Assembly (NCBI RefSeq): GCF_032062105.1
Contig: NW_026929349.1
Coordinates: forward strand, 62,001-126,000
Direction of reading: 5' to 3'
Source: Saccostrea cucullata
Lineage: Eukaryota
DNA length: 64,000 nucleotides
Shown: positions 24,456-35,677 of the stretch, one piece after another
Numbering within the stretch: the first letter of the stretch is position 1
Layout: each line of letters begins with the position of its first letter
Translations under genes and position numbers: made by a program
The notes under the pieces: model-generated
Databases searched by the model: none
The model's input: only the letters and a program-made list of their open reading frames with translations
What the model was told of the DNA's origin: nothing

Positions 24456-24832
24456 AAACGTGTGTTCGACCGATACATGTGTTATGGTAACTTTAGTGTA
24501 TAAATACAATGAAACACATTGAAGTTGTAAGTAATATTCTTAGTTTGAATGGAAAGTTTGGGTGGATCTTATTCATGTTATTGAACGTCAGTTGTTACAT
24601 AATGACACGCCCATTTCTTTAGATACAAGGGAAAAAAATAACGTCGCAAGGACACCCTTTTTTGCTTTTTTTCTCAAAATGAGAAATACTACAATGGAAA
24701 TTTTATAAAGTTAAAAGAGCCAGTGAGAGACTCCCCAATTCTATAAAACACATATTGCACGAATATGTACATATTTATTATTTTGTGATTTTGTGTTGTT
24801 TAATGGGGTTACGATACCGGTCGAACACGCAT
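24456..24832. mobile_element. Probable TIR element
   Basis: GTGTTCGACCG at about 24462 and its inverse CGGTCGAACAC at about 24818. Confidence 0.4.
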
Positions 24833-25209
24833 TTTTTATTTACTCGGTGTTTAAGAATTAGGCGTGTCATTATATGACAACCAACAACCTAAAATTAGCG
24901 CAAAAAATTCAAGCGGAAAAATTTTACCACTTCAATGTGCCTCCTTGTAGGTACATATTCGTGTTTTACAAAAGCGGGGTTCCTAGCTCTCTTCTGATTT
25001 ATAAAATCTCTATTTCAGTAAAAATTAATATTGCTAGTCGCAGAGAGTGGGGTTCTCCAAAGCATTATGACGAATATTTTTCTCTCGTTTCCGAAGAAAT
25101 GGGTGTGCCAGTGTGGCAAATGACGTTCAGTAAGAAACACCTAAATATTCCACTCAAGCGAAAAAATTTTACCACTTCAATGCGCTTCATTGTACATGTA
25201 AATACATAC

Positions 25210-25306
25210 CATCCCCATCCCATGAATGGAGCTGCAGCCCAAATCATGGAATTTGTCCATAATAATATGCTGACAATGAAGTAATGCCGCTTGCTAAATC
25301 TGCAAT
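25210..25306 (-). CDS. RRH: Peropsin-like opsin exon (ICL2, TM4)
   Basis: Acceptor cttttttag|AT (phase 1); CRFSKRHYFIVSILLWTNSMIWAAAPFMGWG; donor TG|GTATGT (phase 2); phases match both neighbours. Confidence 0.92.
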
Positions 25307-26409
25307 CTAAAAAAGACAGGAATGAAATAATATTTGGTATACTAAACAATTTACATATACAGTATATATGTATACACTTCAATATAAAACAAGTTGCCGT
25401 CCTTTAAAAAAAAAAAGACTACAATACGTGGACCATATGCATGTGTTTCTAACCGAAATTCAATTAGAAAATTTCTAGGTTCAGTGAATATTCATGTACA
25501 TGTAGGTTCGTTCATATTTTCTACAATGACCTGCCTACTTTGACCGATAGTACTTTCATTGCAAAATTGTTCAATTTTATCTCTGATTAGCCCATACATG
25601 TAGTTTTGTCATTTTAAAAAATCGGGCTATTTTGATACATGTTACACATAACGGCTGAGACTTGACATCTGTTCTAGATTTATGAATACGAAAGAAATCT
25701 ATCATTGGAAAAATAAATCTGACGGTACCCGTATTGCACAGCTCTATAGTATGCAGATATTTTTCGGAACCCTCCCCCTTTTTCCTCCTCCACTTGGATT
25801 GCTTCAGGCCTGTGTCAAGCTGTATTTGGATTGCTGTATATCAAATTATTTTGCGAGCCTTGATGCACAAAATTAATACCGGTGAGGACTTGTTCTGTCT
25901 TTTTAAACCTAGAACTATTCGTTGAATGAATTTTAAATTCAAGTTGTTAAGTTATCTATATTCTGCAAGTTCTTCCAACTTTTAAAAATGCTTGTGCCAA
26001 AGAATCGATGTTTAGTTTGCATATAAAAGTATATGTATAAGAGAGAAATTCGGATGTCCAAATATATAAATACGATATGCAGATTTAAAAGCGAGATTTG
26101 CCAATGAATGGCATGTTGTAATTCGAACAGGGCGAATCATTATTCTACGAGCAAGTTGTCTTATAGGGGCGAGCTCTCTAGCATTCTCGCGCATGCATAG
26201 CATGAAGTATGCCCATGGCATCCGGTTTAACCTCGCTTATATATTTTCTGCGTGGACCCCAGGGTCCACGCAACTATGAATTATAAAAGAAAATAAACAA
26301 CAACAAAAAATAATCGGTGCCATTTTTGGATGCAAGTTATAAAAAAACAGTTTCAATTTTAATAGTGATTAAAACAAAAAAAGTAACAAAAAGAACAATA
26401 AAAATTTAT

Positions 26410-26531
26410 TTAAAGGGACATGGACACAGACACAGAAATATGCTATAGCAACATATAAGTCATGAAGTCATGATATTATACAGAACATCTGAGAAAATAT
26501 CAACCTCAAATCTGTGTCTATGTCCTTTGAA
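26410..26531. mobile_element. Short inverted-end element (TTAAAGG terminus, Crypton/MITE-like)
   Basis: TTAAAGGGACATGGACACAGA ... TCTGTGTCTATGTCCTTTGAA; ends about 20 bp from an opsin splice donor. Confidence 0.55.
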
Positions 26532-26550
26532 TATCAGGAATATAGCTTAC

Positions 26551-26678
26551 ATAGTTCGTGTTTACAGGTGACAATGTAACGGTCGCTGCTTATTGCGGCC
26601 AGAAACGCTATGCTGCCAAATCCAAACAGCATACTGTTAAAACCATACCAGCGACAAATGTCAGCACCGAAAGGCCAT
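26551..26678 (-). CDS. RRH: Peropsin-like opsin exon (ECL1, TM3, DRY)
   Basis: Acceptor cttttgcag|A (phase 2); WPFGADICRWYGFNSMLFGFGSIAFLAAISSDRYIVTCKHEL; donor T|GTAAGC (phase 1). Confidence 0.93.
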
Positions 26679-27469
26679 CTGCAAAAGAAGAACATTGTAT
26701 CCGTGAATGTACGAAAGGCCATCTGAAAAAGTACATTGTATACGTGAATGTACGAAAGACCATCTGAAAAAGTACATTGTATCCATGTATGTACAAAATG
26801 CCATCTGAAAAAGAAGTACATCGTATACGTAAATGTACGAAAGACCATCTGAAAAAGGAGTACATTGTATACGTGAATGTACGAAAGGCCATCTGAAAAA
26901 GAAGTACTTTATATACATGAATGTACGAAAGGACATCCGAAAAAGTACATTTTATCCATGTATGTACGAAAGGCCATCTGAAAAAGAAGTACATCGTATA
27001 CGTGAATGTACGAAAGACCATCTGAAAAAGAACATTGTATACGTGAATGTACGAAAGGCCATCTGAAAAAGAAGTACTTTATATACATGAATGTACGAAA
27101 GGCCATCTGAAAAAGTACATTTTATCCATGTATGTACGAAAGGCCATCCGAAAAAGAAGTACATCGTATACTTGAATGTACGAAAGACCATCTGAAAAAG
27201 GAGAACATTGTATACGTGAATGTACGAAAGGCCATCTGAAAAAGAAGTACTTTATATACACTTGAATTACGAAAGGCCATCTGAAAAAAATTTTACGAAA
27301 GGCCTTCCGAAAAAGAAGTACATCGTATACTTGAATGTACGAAAGACCATCTGAAAAAGGAGAACATTGTATACGTGAATGTACGAAAGGCCATCTGAAA
27401 AAGAAGTACTTTATATACATGAATGTACGAAAGGTCATCTGAAAAAGAAGTATTTTGTATACGTGAATG
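26668..27469 (-). repeat. Minisatellite of 19 units, mostly 41 or 44 bp, spanning the opsin intron/exon boundary
   Basis: Minus-strand consensus TACATTCACGTATACAATGTACTTCTTTTTCAG|ATGGCCTTTCG; units start (+ strand) at 26668, 26712, 26753, 26794 ... 27428. Confidence 0.97.
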
Positions 27470-27944
27470 CACTTGGAATGCTACAATCGTACTAACTTCT
27501 GATTTACTTGTATAATTTATTTTTCTCATTTTATTCCATGTAACAATGGACCAAAAGTAAGAGTCGCACTTTTTCACAAAAAAAAACTTTTTTAAATCAA
27601 AAGATTCTACTTAATAAACTGAAGTAAAGTACAATGACTATATTTCCGCTTTACCCCCAGTGTGTTTATAATATTATAATTTTATTGCAAAATTTTGACT
27701 TTAGAATCTCTTACGACAAATAGACGGAGACCAGGTCTTCCAAACAGTGGGATTCCATTGGCACAAATTCTTCTCCTTTGTTATCTGATCCTTTTTTTTA
27801 ATAATCCTATGATCAGAGATTATTTTAATTAAAACATGAGCAGTTTAAACACATGCCAAGGTCTTCAAATCGGCATTTAGATACCGGTATATCGGCACTG
27901 TTTTATCATTTAACAATAGTTAATTTCATTTATACGTGGACTCG

Positions 27945-28600
27945 ATAAAACCCAGTGAACTTGAAATTAAAGACATCACAGTTCTTCTACATCGGTTTCA
28001 TATTTGTGCGTTTTTCAAAATACAGACAATAAAGGCAATTCAATAACGAGTAAACTGTATGACAAACGAAACGAGATGATTTTAACTTTTCCATCATCAA
28101 CTTTCATTATTCATAAAGAAACACCCTGCTTTCACCTGCACATCACCTGCAACTTCACCTGTATCTCCCAACTTCATTGATAATCGAAACCATGCACGAT
28201 TGATTTTTAAGCCTATGCCGGTTACTAACCGAAAAGTTGATGTTACGGGAATTTCAACCACCTCGTTTAATGTAAGTATTTCGCAGTTTCTGTCGTCGGA
28301 ATAATGAACCTGTTGGCAAATATGATTTACTTAATCAATGGGTCGTATTTGGGCTAACTTGTTTCATACGATTTGTTCGTCATTTGAACTGAAAACTGAA
28401 TTTAACTATACACGTTCCGTCTGCCTGAACTATAAAAGGGCTCAAGGCGGGTGTGATCAGTCACCTGGGGATGCTTACTCCTTCTAGCCAACCGATCCCA
28501 TCTCTGGAATTTCTAAGGTACGTGTTAGTATTCTTTTCATGGTTATGTATTGTTTAAAGATTGTTTGAGATCTATCACTTTTCATCATCTTAATTGTTTT
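27945..28600 (+). mobile_element. Degraded Penelope-like retroelement fragment; related pieces at 30950-31325, 33050-33470, 39570-39885, 12165-12605 and, on the minus strand, within 44760-45310, 46970-47430, 48910-49110 and 50520-50770
   Basis: Broken frames resembling PSELEIKD...KLYDKRDDFNFSIINF (PLE reverse-transcriptase C-terminal region), followed by the shared GGGGATGCTTACTCC...CCTGATCCCACCTCTGG tract. Confidence 0.6.
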
Positions 28601-29795
28601 CAGTACATTGATTTATCAATAAAATTACGAGAGAGTTCTGGCTTTCATATACGTGTTTAAAACGAATTTTGTTAAAACAGAAGAATCTGGCAATGTTTCG
28701 GAAAAAGGTATAAGCTTGCAATTTCTCTGACGATGTATCGTAAGATTTGTTGAAAGACACTTTGCACAAAGGTTACCAATGTTTAGAGGCAGAACAAATT
28801 ATTTTAGACAGTAAAGATATATGTGCCGAGATCGGGCATAGACCTCTATTTGTGGGTTTGCTCTCTTTCTTGTCTGGAAGGTATTGTCGGTTCTTTCACA
28901 GTCTCTGTATATAATATGACATAGAATATTACAGAAGAAATAGATACCTTTGATATAATATATTCTCGTTAATGAACATAGGAGTTTGACCTCTTTGTAG
29001 TTAGCTTTGTGTAGTCTCTCTACAAAATTAATATAGTTTTCTCTCCTAGCACCAGCTGATACATTGAAAGGAACTCAAAAATGCTTTGCAAAAAACTTTT
29101 AGATATGAATGAGTTCAATCGTGTCGAAACATTAAAAAATCAGAATACAATAGTGAATAATGCATGGAAAAAAGTGGTGAAATATCTTTCTTTGAAATCT
29201 GCATGAAAAAGGTCAACTTAATATTGATGCAAACAATCAAATCAGCAGCAAAGTCTTTCAATGTGCAAACATCAAATTTTCAAAAGAAAACAATACACTG
29301 GTTCTATCAAATGTTATTTTTTAATTAGATTTATTTATTTCAAGGTTCTGTAATCAGTGCTTGGAAAATCGTCTCGAATTGCTTTTATATTTTACACACT
29401 CCAATGTCGGACTTCTTGAACGATTTTCTTTATAAAATTAATTAATATCCGAAGATTCTATGACATTTGTGCTAGGCTTTCTGTTCCTTCAATGCAATAC
29501 GATTTAATATAGACTGTCAAAGGAAGAAATGACACGTCATCCACTGCGTCATTAAAAGCGGCAGCAGTTTTATATCAAATGTCACTTTGTATAAAACTCC
29601 AGCATCAGTAAATTCTTCCAGATTTCAAAAGGAGTTTTCATTCTTTTCCATACAGTAGATTTCTGCAATTTTGATCGATAACGCAATAATTATAATTAAA
29701 AGGACATTTGTGTCAACTTTGACCTTCAAGGATTGACATGCTTAAAATGTTAGTGCAGATGAATTTCCACATATTGATGCCAATTAAGAGATATA

Positions 29796-30026
29796 TTAAG
29801 GCCCCGGGATCATGGAAAATCGCAAGCTTAAATCAAAATCTCTATTTGATAATAAAATGTTGTAGAAGTCAAGCAGACCAAAATTAAGACATTTTCAATA
29901 TAGCTTCTCCAAAGTGTTGTTATCTGTAAATTTCAAAAAAAAATTCCTGAATTCATGAAATAATATTTTATAAGCGATTGAAAATGTGACTTAAGGACAA
30001 GTTTGTTTCATGATCCTGGGGCCTGA
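29796..30026. mobile_element. MITE specific to copy 1 of the triplication
   Basis: AGGCCCCGGGATCATGGAA and TTTCATGATCCTGGGGCCT inverted ends; absent at the paralogous site near 32620. Confidence 0.7.
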
Positions 30027-31920
30027 TTACCTGTGATATGACATATTTCTAAGATTGAAGCCAGAAGGGTATTTTGATATTTCTTTTCATTCAATTACTT
30101 TGGGAAATGAGATGAAAGTTTAAGCAAATTCATGGCCGCATACCCTGTATATACATTTAAAATGCCCTCTGATTTTAAAAACCTTTATCAAATTAGTATA
30201 TCAACTAATTTCCAACCACTTCCCTAAAAGAACATACACTATTCACAAATCTAAAGTGTAATTCTCTTGATCAGACAGCTTTTTGCTGGCTATAAGTAAG
30301 ATTGGAGGTTAAACGCATTATTCTGCTTTATCTCTTTCCCCTTCCAATGCCTGAACCAATAATACTAAAGTCGTTCAAAACATCCCAGTCTCACCCACAA
30401 GGGACGGACAAATAAGACAGTATATCACCATTACACAACATAGTCCTCCTTGACATCAATGCTTCTGGTCCAAAAGCCAAAAGTGCTCAAGCATTGCAAT
30501 TCCATTACTGAACAATTGGTATTACAACCCTAAAAATAGTCAAACGATGTTCAAGCATTGAAATCCAATTAAAGACAAAATTGATACTCGATTCCTCAAA
30601 AAACAAAAACAAAAAAGTAAACGCATCAACATTATAGCATGACACCATCTTGACCGCTAAACAGAATGGATAAAACAAAAACAAGTTAGATGGCCGTAAA
30701 TCTGAAGAGTCATGGTCAGGGAATGGGTCATTTAAAGCCTCAGTTGGCTAGTTACGCTTACCTAAGCCTGTGTTGAGTAAACAGACACGTTATCTAGGTA
30801 CAAGAGCACACCTGTCCTTAATTTTCCTTTTATTTGACTTGATTGCACCTTTTATACCTTGTTCGTCCATTAATACAAGTCCTTTTCAAGGCATATGATC
30901 TTTAAATCTACCAAGTTCTTCGAAAGTCAAGAGCATGCTCCGAGTATAACTGATTTTTAAACCGATACAGGCTACTGACAGAAAAGTTGATGTTACAGGG
31001 ATTTCAACAACCTCGTTTAATGTCAGCATTTTCTATGGTCGGTATGATGAACCAGTTAGCAAAAATGATTTATCAATGGGTCGTATTTTGGCCGACTTGT
31101 TTCATACCAGTTGTTAGGCTTTTGTTTATATACTGAAATTAACCATACTAAATGTTCCGTCTACTTGTTTAATACATTGGACTCATAGCGGATGTGACGT
31201 CAGGGGATGCTTACCCCTCCTAGCCAACCGATCCCATCTCTGGAATTTCCAGGGTAAGTGTTTATATTCTCTTACCGGTTTTGTATTGTTTCAGATCTAT
31301 CACTATTCAACATCTTCACCGTTTTCAGTATAATGATTTATCAATAAAATTACGAGAGAGTTAGTGCTTTCATATCTTTAAAACGAATTTTGTTCAAACG
31401 GAAGAATCTCGTAAAATTTTCGGAAAAAGTATAAGTTGGCAATTTTTCTTACGATATATCGTAAGATTTGTTGCACGACACACTTCTCAAAGGCTACCAA
31501 TGTTCAGAATAGAACCAAGTTCCTTCGGACAGTTAAGGTATTCTTACCAAGATCGGATACATTCTATTTCAAAAACACTTTTCTTGTTCTCCCTATTGCC
31601 TGCAAGGTATTGTCGATGTTTTCACGGCCTCTATTTAATATGACATAGAATATTACAGAAGAAATAGCTAAGCACGTTTGATATCAGATATTCTTGTTAA
31701 ACAACATAGGAGGTAGAGCTTTATGTACTTAGCTTTGTGTAGTTTCTCTACAAAATTAATACAATCAGTTTTCTGTCTTGGCATCAGCTGTTACATTTAA
31801 AGGAAATCAAAAATGATTTGCTAAAAAAAACAAACTTTTAATCAAATCAGCAAAGTCTTTCAATGTGCAAGAATCATATATTCAAAAGAAAACAACATAC
31901 TAGTTCTACCAAATTTAATT

Positions 31921-32223
31921 TTTTATAACCCCCGCTTGAAAAGCGGGAGAATATATAATAATCGGTATGCCCGTCCGTCCGCCTGTCTGTTACCCTTTGG
32001 GGTACCCATCTCTTATCCGCAACTCCTCTCATACCACTGAAAGAATTTTGATGAAACTTTCACAGAATCTTTATTGCATATTGCCATAGTGCACTTCTTA
32101 TTTTACTTTTTGATCCGACACATATTTTAGGTTTCCTATAGCAAAACATGGACACTGGCATTATATTCTTATGGAAGGCGGGGGTATCATTCAGTGAGCT
32201 CATTGCTCACAATACCTCTAGTT
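31921..32223 (+). mobile_element. Helentron-type non-autonomous element (HINE/pearl-like)
   Basis: TTTTATAACCCCCGC...GCGGG terminal hairpin, (GTCC/GTCT)n microsatellite, GGCGGGGGTAT subterminal inverted repeat, GTGAGC-GCTCAC hairpin, CTAGTT end; absent from sister copies. Confidence 0.7.
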
Positions 32224-34148
32224 TAATCTGAGTTGCTTTAATATCTTACTCCCATATCGGAGAGTACTTCTTGTTAGATTTTCTTTATAAAATTATAATT
32301 AATAAATATCCGGATTCTCTGTCATCGTTGCTGAGCTTTCTGTTCCTTCAAAGCAATATGATATAATATAGACTGTCAAAGGAAGAAATGACACGTCATC
32401 CACTGAGTAATTAAAAGCAGCAGGAGATCTGTTCCAAATGTCACTTCAGCACCAGTGAAATCTTCCAGATTTCAAAAGGGGTTCTGATTCTTTTCGATAC
32501 AGTGGATTTATGCATTTTCGATCGATAACGCAACAATTAAGGATATTCGTGGTAACCTTGACATGCTTAAAATATTAGTGCAGATGCATTTCCACATATT
32601 GATGCCAATTAAGACAGATGTTCTGATTACCTGTGATATGACATATTTCTAAGATTGAACCCAGAAGGGTATCTTGAAATATCTTTTTTCCTTCAATTAC
32701 TTTGGGAAATTTGATGAAATGTTTGGCAGTTTCATGGCCACATATATACATATATAATACCTATATAATAAGTAATATATAATAATTAGCCAGTATCGAA
32801 TCAGTATAACAACTACTAGTAATTCCAAGCCCCTTTCTTTGTAGGAAACACAGATTTCATAACACAAAATGTAAATTTCTTGATGATCAGTGAGCTTGTT
32901 TTCTAGATGTAAATAAGAGTTACAAGAGCACACCTGTCCTTATTTTTCTTCTGTTTTGACTTGATTACACCTTTGATACCTTGTTCCTCCGTTGATATCA
33001 ATTCTTTTCAAGACATAGGGTTTTCAGATCTACCAATTTATTCGTTTAGTCAAGAGCATGCTCCGAGTATGATTGATCTTCAAACTGATGCAGGCTACTG
33101 ACAGAAAAGTTGATGTTACAGGGATTTCAACAACCTCGTTTAATGTCAGCATTTCGTAATTTCTATGGTCGGTTTAATGACCTTGTTAGCAAATATGACT
33201 TATCATTGAGTCATATTTTGGCTGATTTGTTTCATACCAATATTAAGCCTTTGTAATACTGAATTTAAAATTAATATGAAATGTTCCGTCTACTTGATCA
33301 ACACATATGACTCACGGCGGGGATGAACAGTCGCCAGGGGATGCTCACTCCTCCTAGGCACCTGATCCCACCTCTGGAATTTCCAGGGTACCTGTTTACA
33401 TTCTCTTCACAGATTTGTATTGTTTGAAGATTTTTTTGAGATGTATCACTGTTTATTATCTTCATCGTTCTCGTTTTCAGTGTATTGATTTATACAATGA
33501 AATAAAGAAAGGATTACCGTATATACTCGCATATAAGTCGGTTTTTTGTGGAGTTAAATTTTGGTCTTAAACTCTATGTCCGTCTTATAGGCGAGTCATA
33601 AAGAGATTAGTATTTTTCTGGACGCTGAAATTTCTGACAATTATCATAGAAAATGTCTGGATATATATGATAATCGATGTATTCTTAGATTATACATTAA
33701 GTTCAAGTATTTACATTTTTTATTTTTTTTTTTTTTTTTGTTTCTTATGAAAGCATTACTTATTTGTTTAATGATTTAACATTACATATCGGTTTCATTT
33801 TTAAAAAAAATATTAATTGAAACCAGGTTCAAACGGGAGGAACTCGTAAAATGTTGGAAAAGGTATAAACTTGCTAATTGGCTTACTTTGTATTGTAAGA
33901 TTTGTTGCAACACACTTTGCACAATGGTTACCAATGTTCCGAGGCAGTACTAAGGTCGTTTAGACAGCAAAGATATTCATACCGAGATCAGGCATATTTG
34001 TATTTCAAAAACACTTGTTTTATTCTCTTTCTTGTTTGCAGGGTATTGTCGGTGATTTCCCAGTCTCTGTATCTTTAATATGACGTAGAATATTACAGTT
34101 ATGTACCTTTGATATAAGATATTCTCGTTAATCAACATAGGAGGAAGA

Positions 34149-34757
34149 TATGGCACGCCAAATTCACAAAAATGAGCTAAAGATAGTTTCACAATTGATA
34201 AACTAGGCTTATCGACTGTAAACTATAGTTAACCAACTTTAACTATAGTTAATAATATGTTAAACATAGTTTTCATGTGTAAAGCTATATCTACGGTTGT
34301 TAACTATAGTTTACGAATGCTAATCTAAGTTTATATGTCTGTAATAAAACGTTAACAATGGATTTTGTTGTTAAACATAGATTCACGTCTGTAAACAATA
34401 ATTTACAATCATGAACTACAGTTAAGAGTTGTAAATCACAGTTTCACAAATCGTGAAACTATATTTATCACATCCTTAACTATAGTTAAAAGTTGTAAAC
34501 CATAGTTTACAAATCGTGAAACTGTATTTATCAGATAATCTATGTTTTGCAATCGCAAATGATTGTTTTCAGTGTGAACTATAGTTTACGGTTCTGAAAC
34601 ATAGATTATCGTGTTAACTATGGTTTACAGATGTAAAATATAGATAATGTTGTTCACTATAGTTTACAGTCCGTAAACTATAGTTTACAACTGATAAACC
34701 TAGTTTATCGACTATGAAACTATAATTAGTTCATTTTTGTGAATTTGGCGTGCCATA
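34149..34757. mobile_element. IS3EU-like non-autonomous DNA transposon (same family as 13414-14323)
   Basis: TIR TATGGCACGCCAAATTCACAAAAATGA; 6-bp TSD GGAAGA (34143-34148, 34758-34763); empty site in the paralogue near 31710. Confidence 0.88.
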
Positions 34758-35120
34758 GGAAGAACTTTTTGCACTTAGCGTTTTGTAGTTTCTCAACAAA
34801 ATTAATACAATCAATTTTCTGTCCTAGCATCAGCTGTTACGTTGAAAGGAATTCAAAAATGCTTTGCAAATTATGAGCTTTTAGATATGAATGCGTTCCA
34901 TCGTGTTAAAACATAAAAAGAATCAAATTACACGTAGTGAAGAATTTGTTACAAAATACAAAAGGATGTATAAAAATTGGTCAAATATCTTTCTTCAAAA
35001 TCTGTATGAAAAAAGTCAAATTAATATTGATGCAAACCATCGAATCAGCAGCAAAGTCTTTTAAGGTGCCAGAATCATAAATTCAAAAATAATATTCTAG
35101 CCTTACCAAAGAACTTTATT

Positions 35121-35677
35121 CGGTAATAACCAATATTTGCCCCTCAAATCAAACTTTGATGGAGAAATATTCAATTAAGTTCTTAAACAGGGGAGTATAT
35201 GCTGACTTCAAAGCACTGAATATTTTCATAAGTAATGACGCCATATTTACGTAATGACGTCACAAACATGACGTAAATTTCAGTTTTTAATGAATTTTAC
35301 AGAAAAATGTGCATATTTTGTCGATATTTTGAGTAAAAGTCACCGAGCGCATGTGTGTTCAGGATCAATTTTTTGATATAATATGTAGAATGATAATATC
35401 AATGAAATATGTCAATATTGTTCCTGAACAAACTTGCGCTCTATAAATTTTAAAGCTAAAATTGTTGAAATTTTATCCATTTTGTCCACTTTCTGAAAGA
35501 GAATATAAAATCGGACTAGTTTGTGACGTCATAAAAACAAAAATTGTGAATACACTGCTTTGACACTATAATATTTTCTGTTCATTTATATTTCTCATAC
35601 AATTTATTGAATTCAGCACATTTCAGGAAGTTTTCAAAATTTGATTTTTGTGGGGGCAAATATATGCAATATACCGC
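35121..35677. mobile_element. TIR element specific to copy 3
   Basis: CGGTA...ATATTTGCCCC...AAATCAAA and TTTGATTTTTGTGGGGGCAAATAT...TACCG inverted ends; symmetric internal TGACGTCA motifs. Confidence 0.65.

Noticed and set aside
26668-27469. CRISPR-like array, or proteins from the many overlapping ORFs
   Set aside because: The whole unit repeats with no unique spacers, no cas genes and a eukaryotic context. The ORFs are by-products of a stop-poor repeat; only 26551-26678 is coding.
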